Positions 11,363-23,737 of a stretch of 64,000 nucleotides of DNA are shown here, piece by piece. Numbering within the stretch: the first letter of the stretch is position 1; each line of letters opens with the position of its first letter. Origin of the DNA: Octopus vulgaris (Eukaryota); assembly GCA_951406725.2 (NCBI GenBank), contig OX597830.1, positions 39,308,001-39,372,000 of the forward strand, given 5' to 3'. The notes under the pieces are model-generated. The model was not told the origin of the DNA and ran no database searches. It was given only the letters and a program-made list of their open reading frames with translations. The position numbers and the translations under genes were made by a program.

Positions 11363-11537
11363 CTATATAAAGAGCTACAGGTATATATTAATTCACACGC
11401 ATCCATATTCCTTTGTATGTGTGTATGTATGTATACGTGCAGATTTGTATGCTTTGTTTTGTGTATGTATTCTCATGCATATTGTTGCGTATCTAGACGT
11501 GCACATATATGCCTAAATAATAAACTTCTTGAAAGTA

Positions 11538-12570
11538 TTACAAATTATTACAGTTCCTTGGTGATTCTGGGAAGCCTAACTTCTCAAGATTGGTATTTAG
11601 GCAGTGTGTTACATATCCCAATGCCCCAATAATTACTGGTATAAACCTGAACTTGTAATCCGGATAGAGTAACAGCAAATTTCTCAATAGTTCAGCGAAG
11701 GTACTTTCTTTTTCACTGATCTTTAGCTTTATGTTAACATCCACTGGGCAGCTGATTTCCACAACTCTACACAGTTTTTCTACTCTATCCCAAATCACTA
11801 TATTAGGTCTACTATGATTGATCTTGTTATACAGTGTCCAAGCTACAACATCGTGTCACAATGGTAGATAATACCGTAATGACACTTTCAAACAACTGCT
11901 TATGATGTGGGTGATATCTTCGGTGTTAACTACACAAAGTCTGCATCGGTTGTCCCATTTTGCTGCTCTCCTGCATTTCTGGCCCCTTTAGTGCATCTGG
12001 TATTTGGTTTATATTTCCTGTACCTCGATTGCAAACGCATACCCTTCAAAGTAGGAAGTGATCCATGCTAGACTGCTTTGATGATCAATGTTATTATCAC
12101 GTCGGAGCTTCCTATCAACATATCTATGCATGGCCTTCTGCTGCTATACGCTCATCTGATGATACATTGCTATACAATCGTATAACTTCTTTGGGCACGT
12201 ATTTAAAGTTATAAGACAAAGAATGCTTCTCAAGGAACTACTTTGCATGTCTTATGATGTTATCAGTCACGTGTGTGAAACGCTTTGACACTCGATGGTT
12301 AATAGATCCTGTCGAATGGATATGATACGACATTCAAAGACAGTCTGCCGCCTTGTTTTCGTTTTAGGTAGAGACGATCTAAGTCACTGTAGATGTGGAA
12401 ATTATGCGCTGATTAGTGTCTTCTGGGTTTTCACGTCAATATCTCGGATCCCATGAAGCGTCCAATCAAGCAGCTCTAATTTTGGTGTGAGTACTGGCAA
12501 TGCAAACACGTTGTGGGCCACTATTTTATTGAATGCAGAGTTCGAGGCCCAAATTTTCATTATTCGACTG
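11538..12570 (-). mobile_element. R4/Dong-like non-LTR retrotransposon 3' fragment (CCHC + restriction-like endonuclease)
   Basis: Minus strand CRLCVVNTEDITHIISSC, (R)HDVVA, VVEISCP...YKFRFIPVIIGALG. Confidence 0.75.
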
Positions 12571-12659
12571 TTGTATGTATGTATGTATGTATGTTTGTAT
12601 GTATGTATGTATGTATGTATATATGAATGTATGTATATCGATGATTCATAACATACGGT

Positions 12660-12708
12660 CGAAAGTTTCGCTCCTACGATCTTTTTAATCGAACGATCGA
12701 TCGATAGC

Positions 12709-12747
<39 letters not shown>

Positions 12748-13930
12748 CACAGTATTTCAAGGGAGTAAGCAATGTGGGCAGTAAACAAATAAAAACGAAA
12801 GGCTTTTAAAAGATAAACTAAAACGGATGGCACACGAATATTAGGTTATAGTGTAAAACTCACAGAGAAATAGAGTTCATTTTTGAAAACATTTAGTGAT
12901 AGATAAAGGATAAGTGAGAAAATGAGAGGGAGTAAGCATTACATTTGAAAACATCTCATTTTCTTTCTTTTATTCAAGTAAACTGTAGATAGGGGAGAGG
13001 GGACAGAGAAGATGAGTTAAAAAGTGAAAATTGAGCTCAAAAGAGATTAAATTTTTATTTAAGGCAAATGCATTCTTCATTGGGATATAAAAATGAATAA
13101 TTCATAAGGCGATAATGTTCAGAAAAAAAGTATTGTTATGAATATAATCGATCCATAATACACAGTATATCAAAGTTAAGATATTAAATATTAAATCGGT
13201 AAACAAAGTGGAATGCTGCGTTATGCACTGACATACGAAGGAATACATAAACAATTCAAGCATACACGTAAATTACACACACACACATATTTATGTATGT
13301 ATGTATATATATGTGTGTGTGTGTGTGTGTGCGTGTGTGTGTGTGTGTGTGCGTGTGCGTGTGTGTGTGTGTGTATGCGCACCCACCTGCATCTATTTAT
13401 TTATATTTTGGTATGCATGAGTATAACGATCTGTTTTCCTTCGCTTATTAATATTTATCATAACTTTGATATACTGTGTATTATAGATCGATTTTGTTCA
13501 TAATATTTTTTCTTGAACTTATTTTACCTCTTATTAACTATTCATTATTGTTATAATTTACATTTTTATCAGTTGTTTTCCTTCCCCTTTTGATTCTTAT
13601 GCTCCTGTTTTATGGCCTTCCCTTTTCTCTCACCTGTACCTTTTGTTTACTTGTATAAAATATCCCGCTGAGACTTCTGTATTTTCCTCTTTTCTCACCT
13701 TCTCTCTCTCTCTCTCTCCCCTTGATCTTCAAATTACCGCTTTCTATTTATGTATATATTAAAGAAAACGGTATTTTCAGTTACTACTTTTCCACGATCT
13801 TTTTTTACTTAATATTCGATTATCTTCCGTTTCGCCGGAGCTCTTATTTTTAAATACCATAGTTCTGCGCTATTTACTTTTCAAGAGCCTTTTTTCTAAC
13901 GCAAGTCTATACATGGAGCGAAAGCTATTT
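12660..13930. repeat. Old long inverted repeat around a (CA)/(TG) spacer
   Basis: 13138-13195 ATCGATCCATAATACACAGTATATCAAAGTTA mirrors 13461-13500 TAACTTTGATATACTGTGTATTATAGATCGAT; outer matches TTTCGCTCC/GGAGCGAAA and AAAGGCTTTTAAAAG/CTTTTCAAGAGCCTTT. Confidence 0.7.
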
Positions 13931-14029
13931 GAGAACATATTTGGTAATTTAATAAAACGACTCCAATCTAGGAAAGCCAAATATATTTTAATAAACATTT
14001 GTGCACATTTCCCGTAAGGTTTCCTATAC

Positions 14030-15090
14030 GATTATTTTATGAAGACGCATTCAGCTTCGATGAATGCTTCAATGTAGGACTCGAATCGTTGACATGCCTA
14101 CACTAAATGGTCCGTATTCATTTCGGATATCTCCTGGACAATGGAGACCTCCAGTGAAGCTATTGGTACTGTGACGATTCCGATTACCTTCTCTTACAAG
14201 CAACGCTCCAAACGTAGTGGCCCATTGGATCTGAATCGAGCGAGTTTGGAGGTCAGAAGTTTAGTGTTACAAGATAGTACTCGTCAGACATCCATTCTCG
14301 GATTATGTGGCATTTTTAAGGTGAAGAGTCCTGTTGAAATAAAACTCGCTGCCTTCCATTGTGTACTTCATCTATCAAGGGCTTAGAAATTGTCTCATCA
14401 GAGTATCCAGTAGCATTAATTATAAGACTCTGCGGAATGATGTGAAGTGTTGTAATTTGATGTTCCCTACTCACCCCTCCTAAAACATTCACAATTGTTA
14501 GAGACTTAGAGTGCGTTACTCAGAGAATATCAGGAGTTGCACATGGCCTTCTGTCATTTTTCCTGTTAGACTTTAGTTTGGTCGAAGTTTTTAATATCAA
14601 AGAACCAAAGCATGCTACGTTCGTGAAGGCCTTTATACTTCTTATGCAACCGCTTGGCACGGACCAGACGGCCTTCCTGTGTGTTTGAAGGCATGAATCG
14701 GCCTCACCTTAGCTCAATCGATCAGTACATATGACTTGGATCGAAAGACATCGTGCACCATAGTTTTGATAATCTACTCGGGCACCAGAAGTTCTTTTTC
14801 GATGATCTTCATTGAACTTCCGGAATCATCATCGATAATGCATTGACACGGTTGGATGAATTGCAGTTTTGTTATAATATCCGAATGATTTAGATCGTTT
14901 CTTTCTATGCGATACAGTTGAGACATTCCTGCCAGTGGCTTCTAATTCCATCCGAAATTTGTGTGCAAAAGATTTTGCCGTGCGCATTTAGAAAGTAAAC
15001 ACTTTCTAAATCGTTGTATTCAGCTCATATGACAACAATAGCTGTAGGTCTTTTCATTTCTATTGTTAGTATTTTATCTGTCATATGGTA
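14030..15090 (-). mobile_element. Decayed Tc1/mariner (maT/DD37D-like) transposase relic
   Basis: Minus-strand remnants HTGRP, KNFDQ..NRKNDR, PNSLDSDPMGHY (compare PPNSPDLNPLDY), ACQRFESYIEAFIEAECVFIK*. Confidence 0.6.
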
Positions 15091-15387
15091 TCTGAAAGAG
15101 AATAAAAATGTTATTATTATTTTGAAGGGGGCGATATAACGATAATTACGTATCCTCAACTACTCCTCGCATGTTGTATTTAATCACTGTTGACAAATTA
15201 AAGATCGGTAGAAGAGCTCATAAAATCGATACATTTGACCGCCTGTTGTGATTCGTTTCAGCAAATATTTACTCTCTAGGTAGGGTCCTTTATTTGACAT
15301 TTGCTTCCCGTTTGTAACTATTCTTTCATGAGAAACATATACAAGTCGCTGTTAAATATTCTTATGAATCTAGCAAGTTAGCTGACG

Positions 15388-15474
<87 letters not shown>

Positions 15475-15699
15475 CAGACAGATAGATAAATAGACAGACA
15501 AACAGACAGAAGCATGCATACATACATAGAAAGAAAGAGAAATAGACAGACAGAACGGAACAGAGAGACTGTCAGATACCTACATACACGCACACATCTA
15601 CATACATATATACATACATACATACATACATATAGACTCTCTTCTCGGTTTCTACGCTTGAGATTCCACTCAATCATTCACTCCGTTAACTAATGTCTG

Positions 15700-18600
15700 T
15701 ATCTTTTGGGAAATATCAAACCAGCTTTAGATCTATAAACAATGACACGATCTTCATTTATCACAGCGCAATCGGAGAAAACCGGTGACTAGTTTCATTC
15801 AAATTCTAGCTTCTCCATGTTTTCTGTTAGCTTGTCTTACTTTGAAGACTCAAAATCTTTTATTAAATTCTGACGGTTATCTCCCTAATTAGCGATTCTA
15901 CATTATTCTTTTGAAGGATTTCAATCAGATAAATCTAATTTCAGTTTATCGTGTATCTTCAGAGATATCGCCCAACATTTCATGCATCATTTTGAAGTCG
16001 TATGGGAAAACTTTTAGAAAGTATTTATCATCCGAATTTTCAATAAACCCGCAGGTACCACGAAAGCAACATTTATGCAAAGTATCTTATTGATCTAGAA
16101 TGAATCTATATCAGATCCATGAAGTAAATCAGAAAATACAATGGTACGAGAGTAAAATAATTTTTAACTTCAGATAAACTTTCTCATTTTGGATGCGATG
16201 TTGCAATTTAGCAAAGAAGCCACTTCCTTGCTCTTGATGACCTATTCATAATTTCGCCATCTAGTTAAGCTTTTGCAGTAATTCTTCAACAGTTTTAGAT
16301 TTTTAGGATTTGTTCGAAAAGTATGAGTAACCGGCTGAAATTTACTCCATTACTTTGATTGGTGATTTTCTTAGGATAGCGAATTGCTTCTGCTTCCTTT
16401 CAGCTTGTGGTGAGACAAAATATATGAAGAGCATGCGCGGAGCATTCAACAATTAATTGAACTCCTTCAAAAGATGTCATAAGAGCTGCATCGTCAGTAA
16501 CATATCATGATAGAATCTTATTGCATTAAGTATTTTCACCTTGAATCTCTAGTGATTAAACAACCCTCCCTACACTAGCACATGATGCTAATTTTACTCC
16601 CTGACTGCAATCTTTAAAAGTGCAATCAAGTAACTGACAACCCAAGAATAAACAAAAACCAAAAAACAACCTTGCTTACTACTATTTCTGACGCCAAAAT
16701 ATTAAAAGGTTTCTCTCTTGAAATTACTACACTTCTGGTATTCTCATGTAACTGAAATATCTGATAGCATATATTAGTATTTTGCATATTGTCAGCTACT
16801 CCGATTTTCTTTTCATATTTCCAAACAGACTTCGGTTTAGCAGATTAAATTATTTAGTAATGTAAGCAAAACAGTGTACACTTCCCTATTTTTCTATCGT
16901 ACCTTTCCCGCATTTTGTCTCGGAGAGTATTTTATGATAATTAACCTCTACCTTTACCTACAACCACCCTTGAATCTAAAATAACTTGTTTTTCTCTATA
17001 AGAAAGAATGATCGGTTTGTGTAGGATAGGGTTATGCCAGCAACAATTTTACAGGCAGTACAAAGAAGATGGCTATCACAAGTTAATTTACTGCTTTTGT
17101 ATTTGGAAAGATGTTTCAGGGATGCCCCGAGTTCTGAAAGACATACATGTCACTCCATCTTGACGTGCTAAGAATTTATGACTCAGTTTCATATCAATAT
17201 ATTTATCGCCTTCAAGAAGCGTGTCATTTTGAGTTGGAGATTTCCGAAACTCCTATCGCTCAGACGTCGCATGAGCTTCATTAATCATAGGTTTATATGC
17301 AAGTTGCACTAATTATCTTCTTTGAAGATCTTATGAAAGGATATATTCAAAAATTATAAACCTATATGCGAAATAACTTCAATGTGCTTACTTCCGTCTT
17401 TATAACAATTCACATTTTCTTTCCACTCAGCAAATTTGTACTACTAGATGTCAAGATAGGAGAGGAACTACAGGTGTATAACCCATAGATATTATTCAGA
17501 CCTTCATTGAATATCTTTAGTCACGCTATCTGTGCAGGCTGGATCCCACTGGCCTTGCTTTCCTACACCTTAAATGAATTTTATGCTGGTCATTTTAGCT
17601 CAAAGAAAGGTTACGATTTTAGCATTGAACTATTCTAAGTTATCCTGTTCTCGTGAATAGTTTGAAATATTGTATACCATAACCATTCTTATTTCTTTAC
17701 TGCCCACAAGGGGCTTACACACAGAGGGAACAAACAAGGACAGACAAACGGATTAAGTCGATTATATCGACCCCAATCCGTAACTGGTACTTATTTAACC
17801 GACCCCGAAGGGATGAAAGGCAAAGTCGACCTCGGCGGAATTTGAACTCAGAACGTAGCGACAGACGAAATACCGCTAAGCATTTCGCCCGGCGTTCTAA
17901 AGTTTCTGCCAGCTCGCCGCCTTTATACCATAACCATGCTGCCTGGGATACAACCTCCTTAGTGACTCTTGTATACTATGGCCATGTTGCCTGAGGTGCA
18001 CTAGCGCATCAGTTAGAAATCTATCTAAAGAAGACTTAATTACAAGGTCATTCTTGTTCAATGAATTCTGCAGTTTACGATCAGGTCATCTATGCATCTC
18101 AAACAAAGCCGGATATGTTGCTTCTTTGAGATACCTGCAAGATTCTTGCAGTATTTTCTGTAATATTTACATTTGGCAGAGTTGCATCTAAATTATCTAA
18201 GAGGCTAACGCTTCTTATCCTCAACTTTGGTATTTTAATGTCAGTACTTTCTTAAAATCCTGAAAGATACTTTTCTGCGCAACATGTGTAATCTGACAAC
18301 CAATAAATGATATGGAATAAACGAGGGAAAATAACATTTTTATCTTTTTTTTTGCAGATTGTGTAATCAGTTAAATGTCAACCACTGACAGAGGACGTAT
18401 TTATGTTGTTTTATGGTTATTTGATGGTTTCTAGAACATTTTTAGAGGACACTTGTAAAGTGCATTATAAAAGGACAACAGGCTATCTCATTATTAATTA
18501 TATTGCCTTCACCGTGTTTTCTAGTTACACCAGAATGTTTATGTTATCAGAATCTCCCTTGATATTCCAAATGCCCCAGGATTAGGACCTTGTCATCGAT

Positions 18601-19000
18601 ACAACACATTTTCAGAGTTTGGCAGCTTACTAAATATTATGCATTCCACACTCATTCAGACATACCTTTAAGACAGTAATCTCATCCCTTAGACATTATG
18701 GAAGTAATGATAGTTGTTTCGCAATGGTAATTTGTGTTTGTCTTCTATTACAAACAGAACACCAGATTGCATCGATTCATTTCTTCTTCACGTATCCAAT
18801 AAAAACTGTGTCTCCTTGTGTTTTCCAGTTGAGCGTTCCCAACAAAAATGAGTTTCAATAAAAATAGCAATATCAATATGGCATTTGTTTAAATATTTTG
18901 ATTTCAAAAGGCCAACTTCTATAATCCAAACAAAACCACAATCCTGAAGAGTTTGCAGATTCCTTAAGCCAAAATTCAAGATTTCCTCAGCAGCTTTCAA
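15700..19000 (-). mobile_element. Ancient RTE-like LINE relic
   Basis: APE-like N-terminus LNFGLRNLQTLQD...IDIAIFIETH (~18850-18985), RT remnant (V)TDDAAL at ~16483-16500 and DGEIMNR at ~16240-16262; heavily decayed, boundaries approximate. Confidence 0.5.
17687..17923 (-). mobile_element. Full-length young SINE (family A) with 14-bp TSD
   Basis: TATACCATAACCAT at 17673-17686 and 17924-17937; head GGCGGCGAGCTGGCAGAAAC, B-box-like GTTCAAATTCC. Confidence 0.9.
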
Positions 19001-19204
19001 AAACCGTTTGTAAATAATAAATGTTTTCATTACTAAAATTGAATAACTAAAGAGATGCAGCAATGAAGGGCCAGAGAATGAGCGCAAGGGAGTTTTAGAA
19101 CTCCTAGCCATAAAGGAAGTGCTACATCTATAAGTACCTACTTTGTCATTAATATATGTAGAAATATATATTACTCTGTGAATGTGAAGGTATGGGGATG
19201 AACA

Positions 19205-20415
19205 TACCTGTTATATATAAGTTCTGTCCGAATTTAGAATAAAGAAAACAAGTGATCAAACGTTATATTTAATTGAAATTTAATCATCATTGTACTTTCC
19301 CTGATTATCTATGATTTCCTTCCATCTATTTACAAGCTTTTTAATCCCATCAATATAAAACTCTTCTGGTTTCAAAGCGAAGTACTCTGAAATATCAGTT
19401 TCGACCTCCTCCTGGCTTGCGAAAGTTATGTCATCCAAATTATTCTGTAAGCTGCGAAACACATGGTAGTCTGAAGGAGCAAGGTCCAGAGAATAAGGTG
19501 GATGAGCAATTTTTCCCAACCAAGCTCATCGATGTGATCTTTGCAGTGTGGGGTCGCGCATTGTCCTGATGAAACGTCACATCTTTTAGATTCACTAAAG
19601 AGTCTTTTTTTCTTCAACGCTTGGTTCAAACACTCTAATAGCTGACAGTAGACTTCAGTATTGATTGTTACATTAGGTGGTAACAATTCAAAGTGAATTG
19701 CTCCTTTGCAATCCCACCAGATAGAGAGAAGAACCTTTTTCACATGAAGTTCCCTTCTCTGTTGTGGTTGAGCTTTTTCCCTTTTACCAAGCCACTGTTT
19801 ACGACGTTTAACATTTCGATAAAAGATCAATTTTTGTCACCAGTCATAAGTCTATCCAAAAAGGGTGAAATGAACTTGTGAAAATGGAGAGAAGAGCAGA
19901 TGTCAAACCGGGATTTGCGGTTGCTTCCGGAAAATTCATGAGGCACCCATTTCCAAGTTTAGGAACCTTTCCAAGTTGTTGAAGATGACGATAAACAATT
20001 GTATGTTTTGATCTAAGCTTTACTGCCAATTCTTCAACTGATAATGCAGGATCTTCATACTGTTCGATCTTCATCTTCAAGGTTGAAATCTCCACTTCTG
20101 AATTTTGCAAACCATCTTCTGCAAGTTCTTTCATTCTTTTCTATAAACTGAGTGTATGTTTCGAGTAGCTTCGGCTGCAGAGTTTCCTTTTTTGTACTCA
20201 TAAAGCATTGTGTGCCTCAAATGCTCTTGGGATACTTCCATGTTAGAAAGGGTTTTAATCAAAGAAATTTTAATTCTATTATTCTGTAAAATAATGTTTA
20301 ATTAGTTTAGATGTACACAAATACATAAAAATAATTTTTAATTCCATTAGACATTCTATAAATTTCATTCAGTTTTAAAATGGTAAAATTTGACAGAACT
20401 AATAGGATGACCTGA
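19205..20415 (-). mobile_element. Mariner (DD34D) transposon, defective
   Basis: ATG at 20241 gives MEVSQEHLRHTMLYEYKKG; KVLLSIWWDCKG; HPPYSLDLAPSDYHVFRSLQN; RWKEIIDNQGKY; degenerate TIRs containing AGTTCTGTC/GACAGAACT; frameshifts. Confidence 0.88.
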
Positions 20416-20481
20416 TAGACAGACATGTGCATTTCCATATAATGATAAACATGTTTACATGTACATATATATATATATATA

Positions 20482-20732
20482 TTGGGTTGCTGCATAATTA
20501 TTGCGACATTTTTTCAACAAATTTTATTCAACAAAAGCAATAACACCATGTAACAAAAACAGCTTTAAATGATTATTACGGAGCATATTCACCATTTACT
20601 TCAATTACGGCTTCCCATTTGCTTGGCAGAGGGTCAGACTGTCATTTAAAGATGTTTTTGTTAAATATTGTTATTGTTTCTGTTGAATAAAATTTGTTGA
20701 AAAAGAGCCGCAATAATTATACACCAACCCAA
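20482..20732. mobile_element. Mariner-derived MITE
   Basis: TIRs TTGGGTTGCTGCATAATTATTGCG / CGCAATAATTATACACCAACCCAA, TA flanks, ~90-bp inverted arms; internal minus-strand LPSKWEAVIEVNGEYAP* is a transposase C-terminus. Confidence 0.85.
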
Positions 20733-20989
20733 TATATGTATTTATGTATACATGAATGTATGTACGTTACCGATGATGTTGACTTGTTCTTCTTTTCGGA
20801 TTATGGCTGCTGTTGCTTAGTGAGTTGGATTGACTCAGTGCACAGCCTTTCCTCACTTTAAAAAAATCTTTTTGCACAGACATTGCACGATAACAACATT
20901 GATTAAGCTTCGTGCAATGGCCATACTCGATAACGAGGGGCAGCTACCATGTATGTACGTATGTATGCATGTATGTATGTGTATATAAA

Positions 20990-21260
20990 TATATATATAT
21001 AATAGAACAGAAACGCAATTGAGGACAATAAAAAAACGGACAGATAGACGATACACAGGCGGACAGGAAAAACGATAATTTGAGGGATAGGAAAAAAAGG
21101 CCGAGTCATTTGTGGACTTCGTTCATCAGTCAAGTTACCAGATGTCCTTACAGTTTCAGGCAGTTACACTTGAGACTGTTCTATTTGGTTGCTCACAAAA
21201 AATCTAAGCTAAGGGAATTAGATGTTTTATGAGAAAGCTAGCGACTCGTATGTGCAACAA
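20990..21260 (-). mobile_element. Possible decayed PLE terminal-repeat fragment
   Basis: CTGATGAA remnant at ~21122-21129 followed by a T-rich tail running into (TA)n, like other pLTR tails here. Confidence 0.3.
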
Positions 21261-21276
21261 CAAACACAAAAAGCGA

Positions 21277-21602
21277 CTTTTTTTCTGACATCTTGGAAAC
21301 ATCTGAACCACTCGTACACTTCTGTGCACCTCATACATTCCTCTCCATACGCTTTCTACAACTTTGCGTCAGCCTCTGAGCAGGTATCGCTTTGAAAACT
21401 TTCTGTCATTGTCACTGCGACGATCACACGCTACACACCTTCCTTCCAAGCATTGCTGTAAACAGCGGATGTGAGCTAGAACGTTAAAACATATTGCGCA
21501 TGCACAGCACAGTTCAAGTCAATCTTTGCCCAGCGGCTTTACTCTGCGTGCTTTAGCTTCGTTATTATGATAACAGTTAGGATACCGATTGATCAGACCT
21601 CA

Positions 21603-21606
<4 letters not shown>
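21277..21606 (-). mobile_element. Mariner 5' fragment
   Basis: Minus strand (T)EVYEWFRCFQD HTH remnant; terminus GAGGTCTGATCAATCGGTATCC beside TA. Confidence 0.55.
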
Positions 21607-21660
<54 letters not shown>

Positions 21661-21765
21661 AATTCGGGGTGAGTACTTGATAATTATAAGCACCTGTGTA
21701 TACCGTTTGGTGGTGTAGGTGGTGGAGTAAATTGATCAAAATAAAAACATGATGCGAAGGATTCA

Positions 21766-21843
21766 GCGGTACATATGTTTCGGGCCTTTATTAGACAGAT
21801 TTATAACAATGCATAATGTATGTCTGTGGCCTTCTTCAGCCGC
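21766..21843 (-). ncRNA. Type I hammerhead motif (left palindrome arm)
   Basis: Reverse complement of 22070-22147. Confidence 0.75.
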
Positions 21844-22069
21844 GCACAACAGCTTCCACAAGGACATGTGTTACATCAAAAATTCTTGGTTGAGGATGCA
21901 AATCCTCTCATTCGCGTACGACATAATGCGGCAGCAGCATTGAGAGAAGAAAGAGATGGACGCTTCAATTCTATGCTGCTGCCGCATTATGTCGTACGCG
22001 AATGAGAGGATTTGCATCCCCAACCAAGAATTTTTGATGTAACACATGTCCTTGTGGAAGCTGTTGTGC

Positions 22070-22147
22070 GCGGCTGAAGAAGGCCACAGACATACATTAT
22101 GCATTGTTATAAATCTGTCTAATAAAGGCCCGAAACATATGTACCGC
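22070..22147 (+). ncRNA. Type I hammerhead motif (right palindrome arm)
   Basis: GCGG-CTGAAGA-A-GGCC...GGCC-C-GAAA-C-ATAT-GTA-CCGC: stem I GCGG/CCGC, extended stem II, palindromic stem III ACATATGT, GUA triplet. Confidence 0.75.
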
Positions 22148-22179
22148 TGAATCCTTCGCATCATGTTTTTATTTTGATC

Positions 22180-22244
<65 letters not shown>

Positions 22245-22245
<1 letters not shown>

Positions 22246-22433
22246 TTTATTTAAAGCAGCAGAAAATTCAACAAAACCTGTTACTCTGAGTTTCCCGTCG
22301 CCGTTCGTCGGACAGTTTTTGCTAACAAAAACTGTCCGACGAACGGCAACGGCTTTAAATAAAGCATATTACCCTACCACTGGTATTTGAGTACTCTTTT
22401 TTCCACCTTGTTTCGCATTTATGTGTTTACTCC

Positions 22434-22436
<3 letters not shown>
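22245..22436. mobile_element. (TA)n-embedded fold-back module with HHR-like motif
   Basis: Hairpin CCGTCGCCGTTCGTCGGACAGTTTTTG-ctaa-CAAAAACTGTCCGACGAACGGCAACGG plus outer CTTTATTTAAAGC/GCTTTAAATAAAG. Confidence 0.7.
22278..22315 (-). ncRNA. Hammerhead-like motif with CCGACGA core
   Basis: CTGT-CCGACGA-ACG-gcga-CGG-GAAA-CTCAGA-GTA-ACAG; stem I CTGT/ACAG, GNRA-capped stem II, GUA triplet. Confidence 0.55.
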
Positions 22437-22491
<55 letters not shown>

Positions 22492-22495
<4 letters not shown>

Positions 22496-22710
22496 ATCGT
22501 GCTGAAAAGTCCCCGGTTTTAAGGGTATCACAAAAGGCCTAGATTTAGGCCCAACCTTACAAGTTCTTTTACAGGGATTAGAAAAGTGAACGACCGCTGC
22601 AATAAGATTCTGAATCTGTGAGGTGAATATGTTGAATAAAATCATAATTCATTGATCCTCATGTGTTTTCTTTAACCAAAAGCGGGGAACCTTCCGCACA
22701 CGCTCTATAT
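22492..22710 (+). mobile_element. Degenerate mariner-derived MITE
   Basis: GTGCTGAAAAGTCCCCGG...GGGGAACCTTCCGCAC degenerate TIRs; internal RCNK..NL.GEYVE* C-terminal remnant. Confidence 0.55.
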
Positions 22711-22838
22711 TTTTAATTAAGATACCCTTGACCAGAAGAGAAGCCAGCGGTTTACACCACTTCTAAGGTTACGCTCGCATTCCTTAACTCTTATATGTGC
22801 GTGTGTGTGTGTGCTTATGTATGTGTGTAAATGTGCAC

Positions 22839-22918
<80 letters not shown>

Positions 22919-23158
22919 AATAATAAATCTCTGAACGAGTATAAACAGTAGCTGCACGACAACGTGAAGTATATTTGCCACTTAAATGTGGCTAACCACT
23001 AAGGGTTACCCACATTTATATGCATATATATGTATATATGTATATATCTATGTGTTTGCGTTTATGTGATGTGAATGTGTCTGTATGTGTATATATACAT
23101 ATGTATATATAAATACAGAAATGTACATATACGCTCACATACACACACATACACACAC

Positions 23159-23211
<53 letters not shown>

Positions 23212-23674
23212 TATATACTTGCATATTTATGGACAAACACGCATACACACTTGTACATATTCTCATTTATGCGTAAATATATAAATATATGTATGTATGT
23301 ACGTATGTATGTATGTAACTATGTATGTATGTATGTATGCAGGCATGTATGCGTGCATGTATGAAAAACTCTTCCTGCGGCTAGAACGAACTACTTTTTA
23401 TTGAACTTGCTATAGAACTCATTCCAATAGTATTGATCTCGAAATATCAATAGTATTGCCTACCAATTGATGAAACAACTATGTTAGTTGTGTCGTCTTC
23501 TGTGTTCCAGATGTATTGTTGTCAATGGCTAAAGGGTCCTTATCAGCAATTTTATCTATTTATTTGGGTTGATTTTGCAGGACCCCTGACGTAAACAGCT
23601 GCTTCTTTTTATGTCTGAATTCTCAGAAAACTCTTTTTTACTTTCCGTATCGTCTGTCTTTCTCTTCCCCACTC

Positions 23675-23737
<63 letters not shown>

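Larger units (their letters stand above)
21730..22183. repeat. 454-bp near-perfect palindrome
   Basis: Arms 21730-21940 and 21973-22183 (211 bp, one mismatch seen), 32-nt spacer, followed by (TA)n. Confidence 0.95.

Noticed and set aside
18340-18403. Strong splice acceptor (T-tract-GCAG) with a nearby GT
   Set aside because: The putative 38-nt exon has stops in all three frames and lies within a LINE relic; a non-coding exon cannot be excluded.
21749-22164. Mirror-image ORFs MMRRIQRYICFG on both strands
   Set aside because: A by-product of the palindrome; no protein motif.
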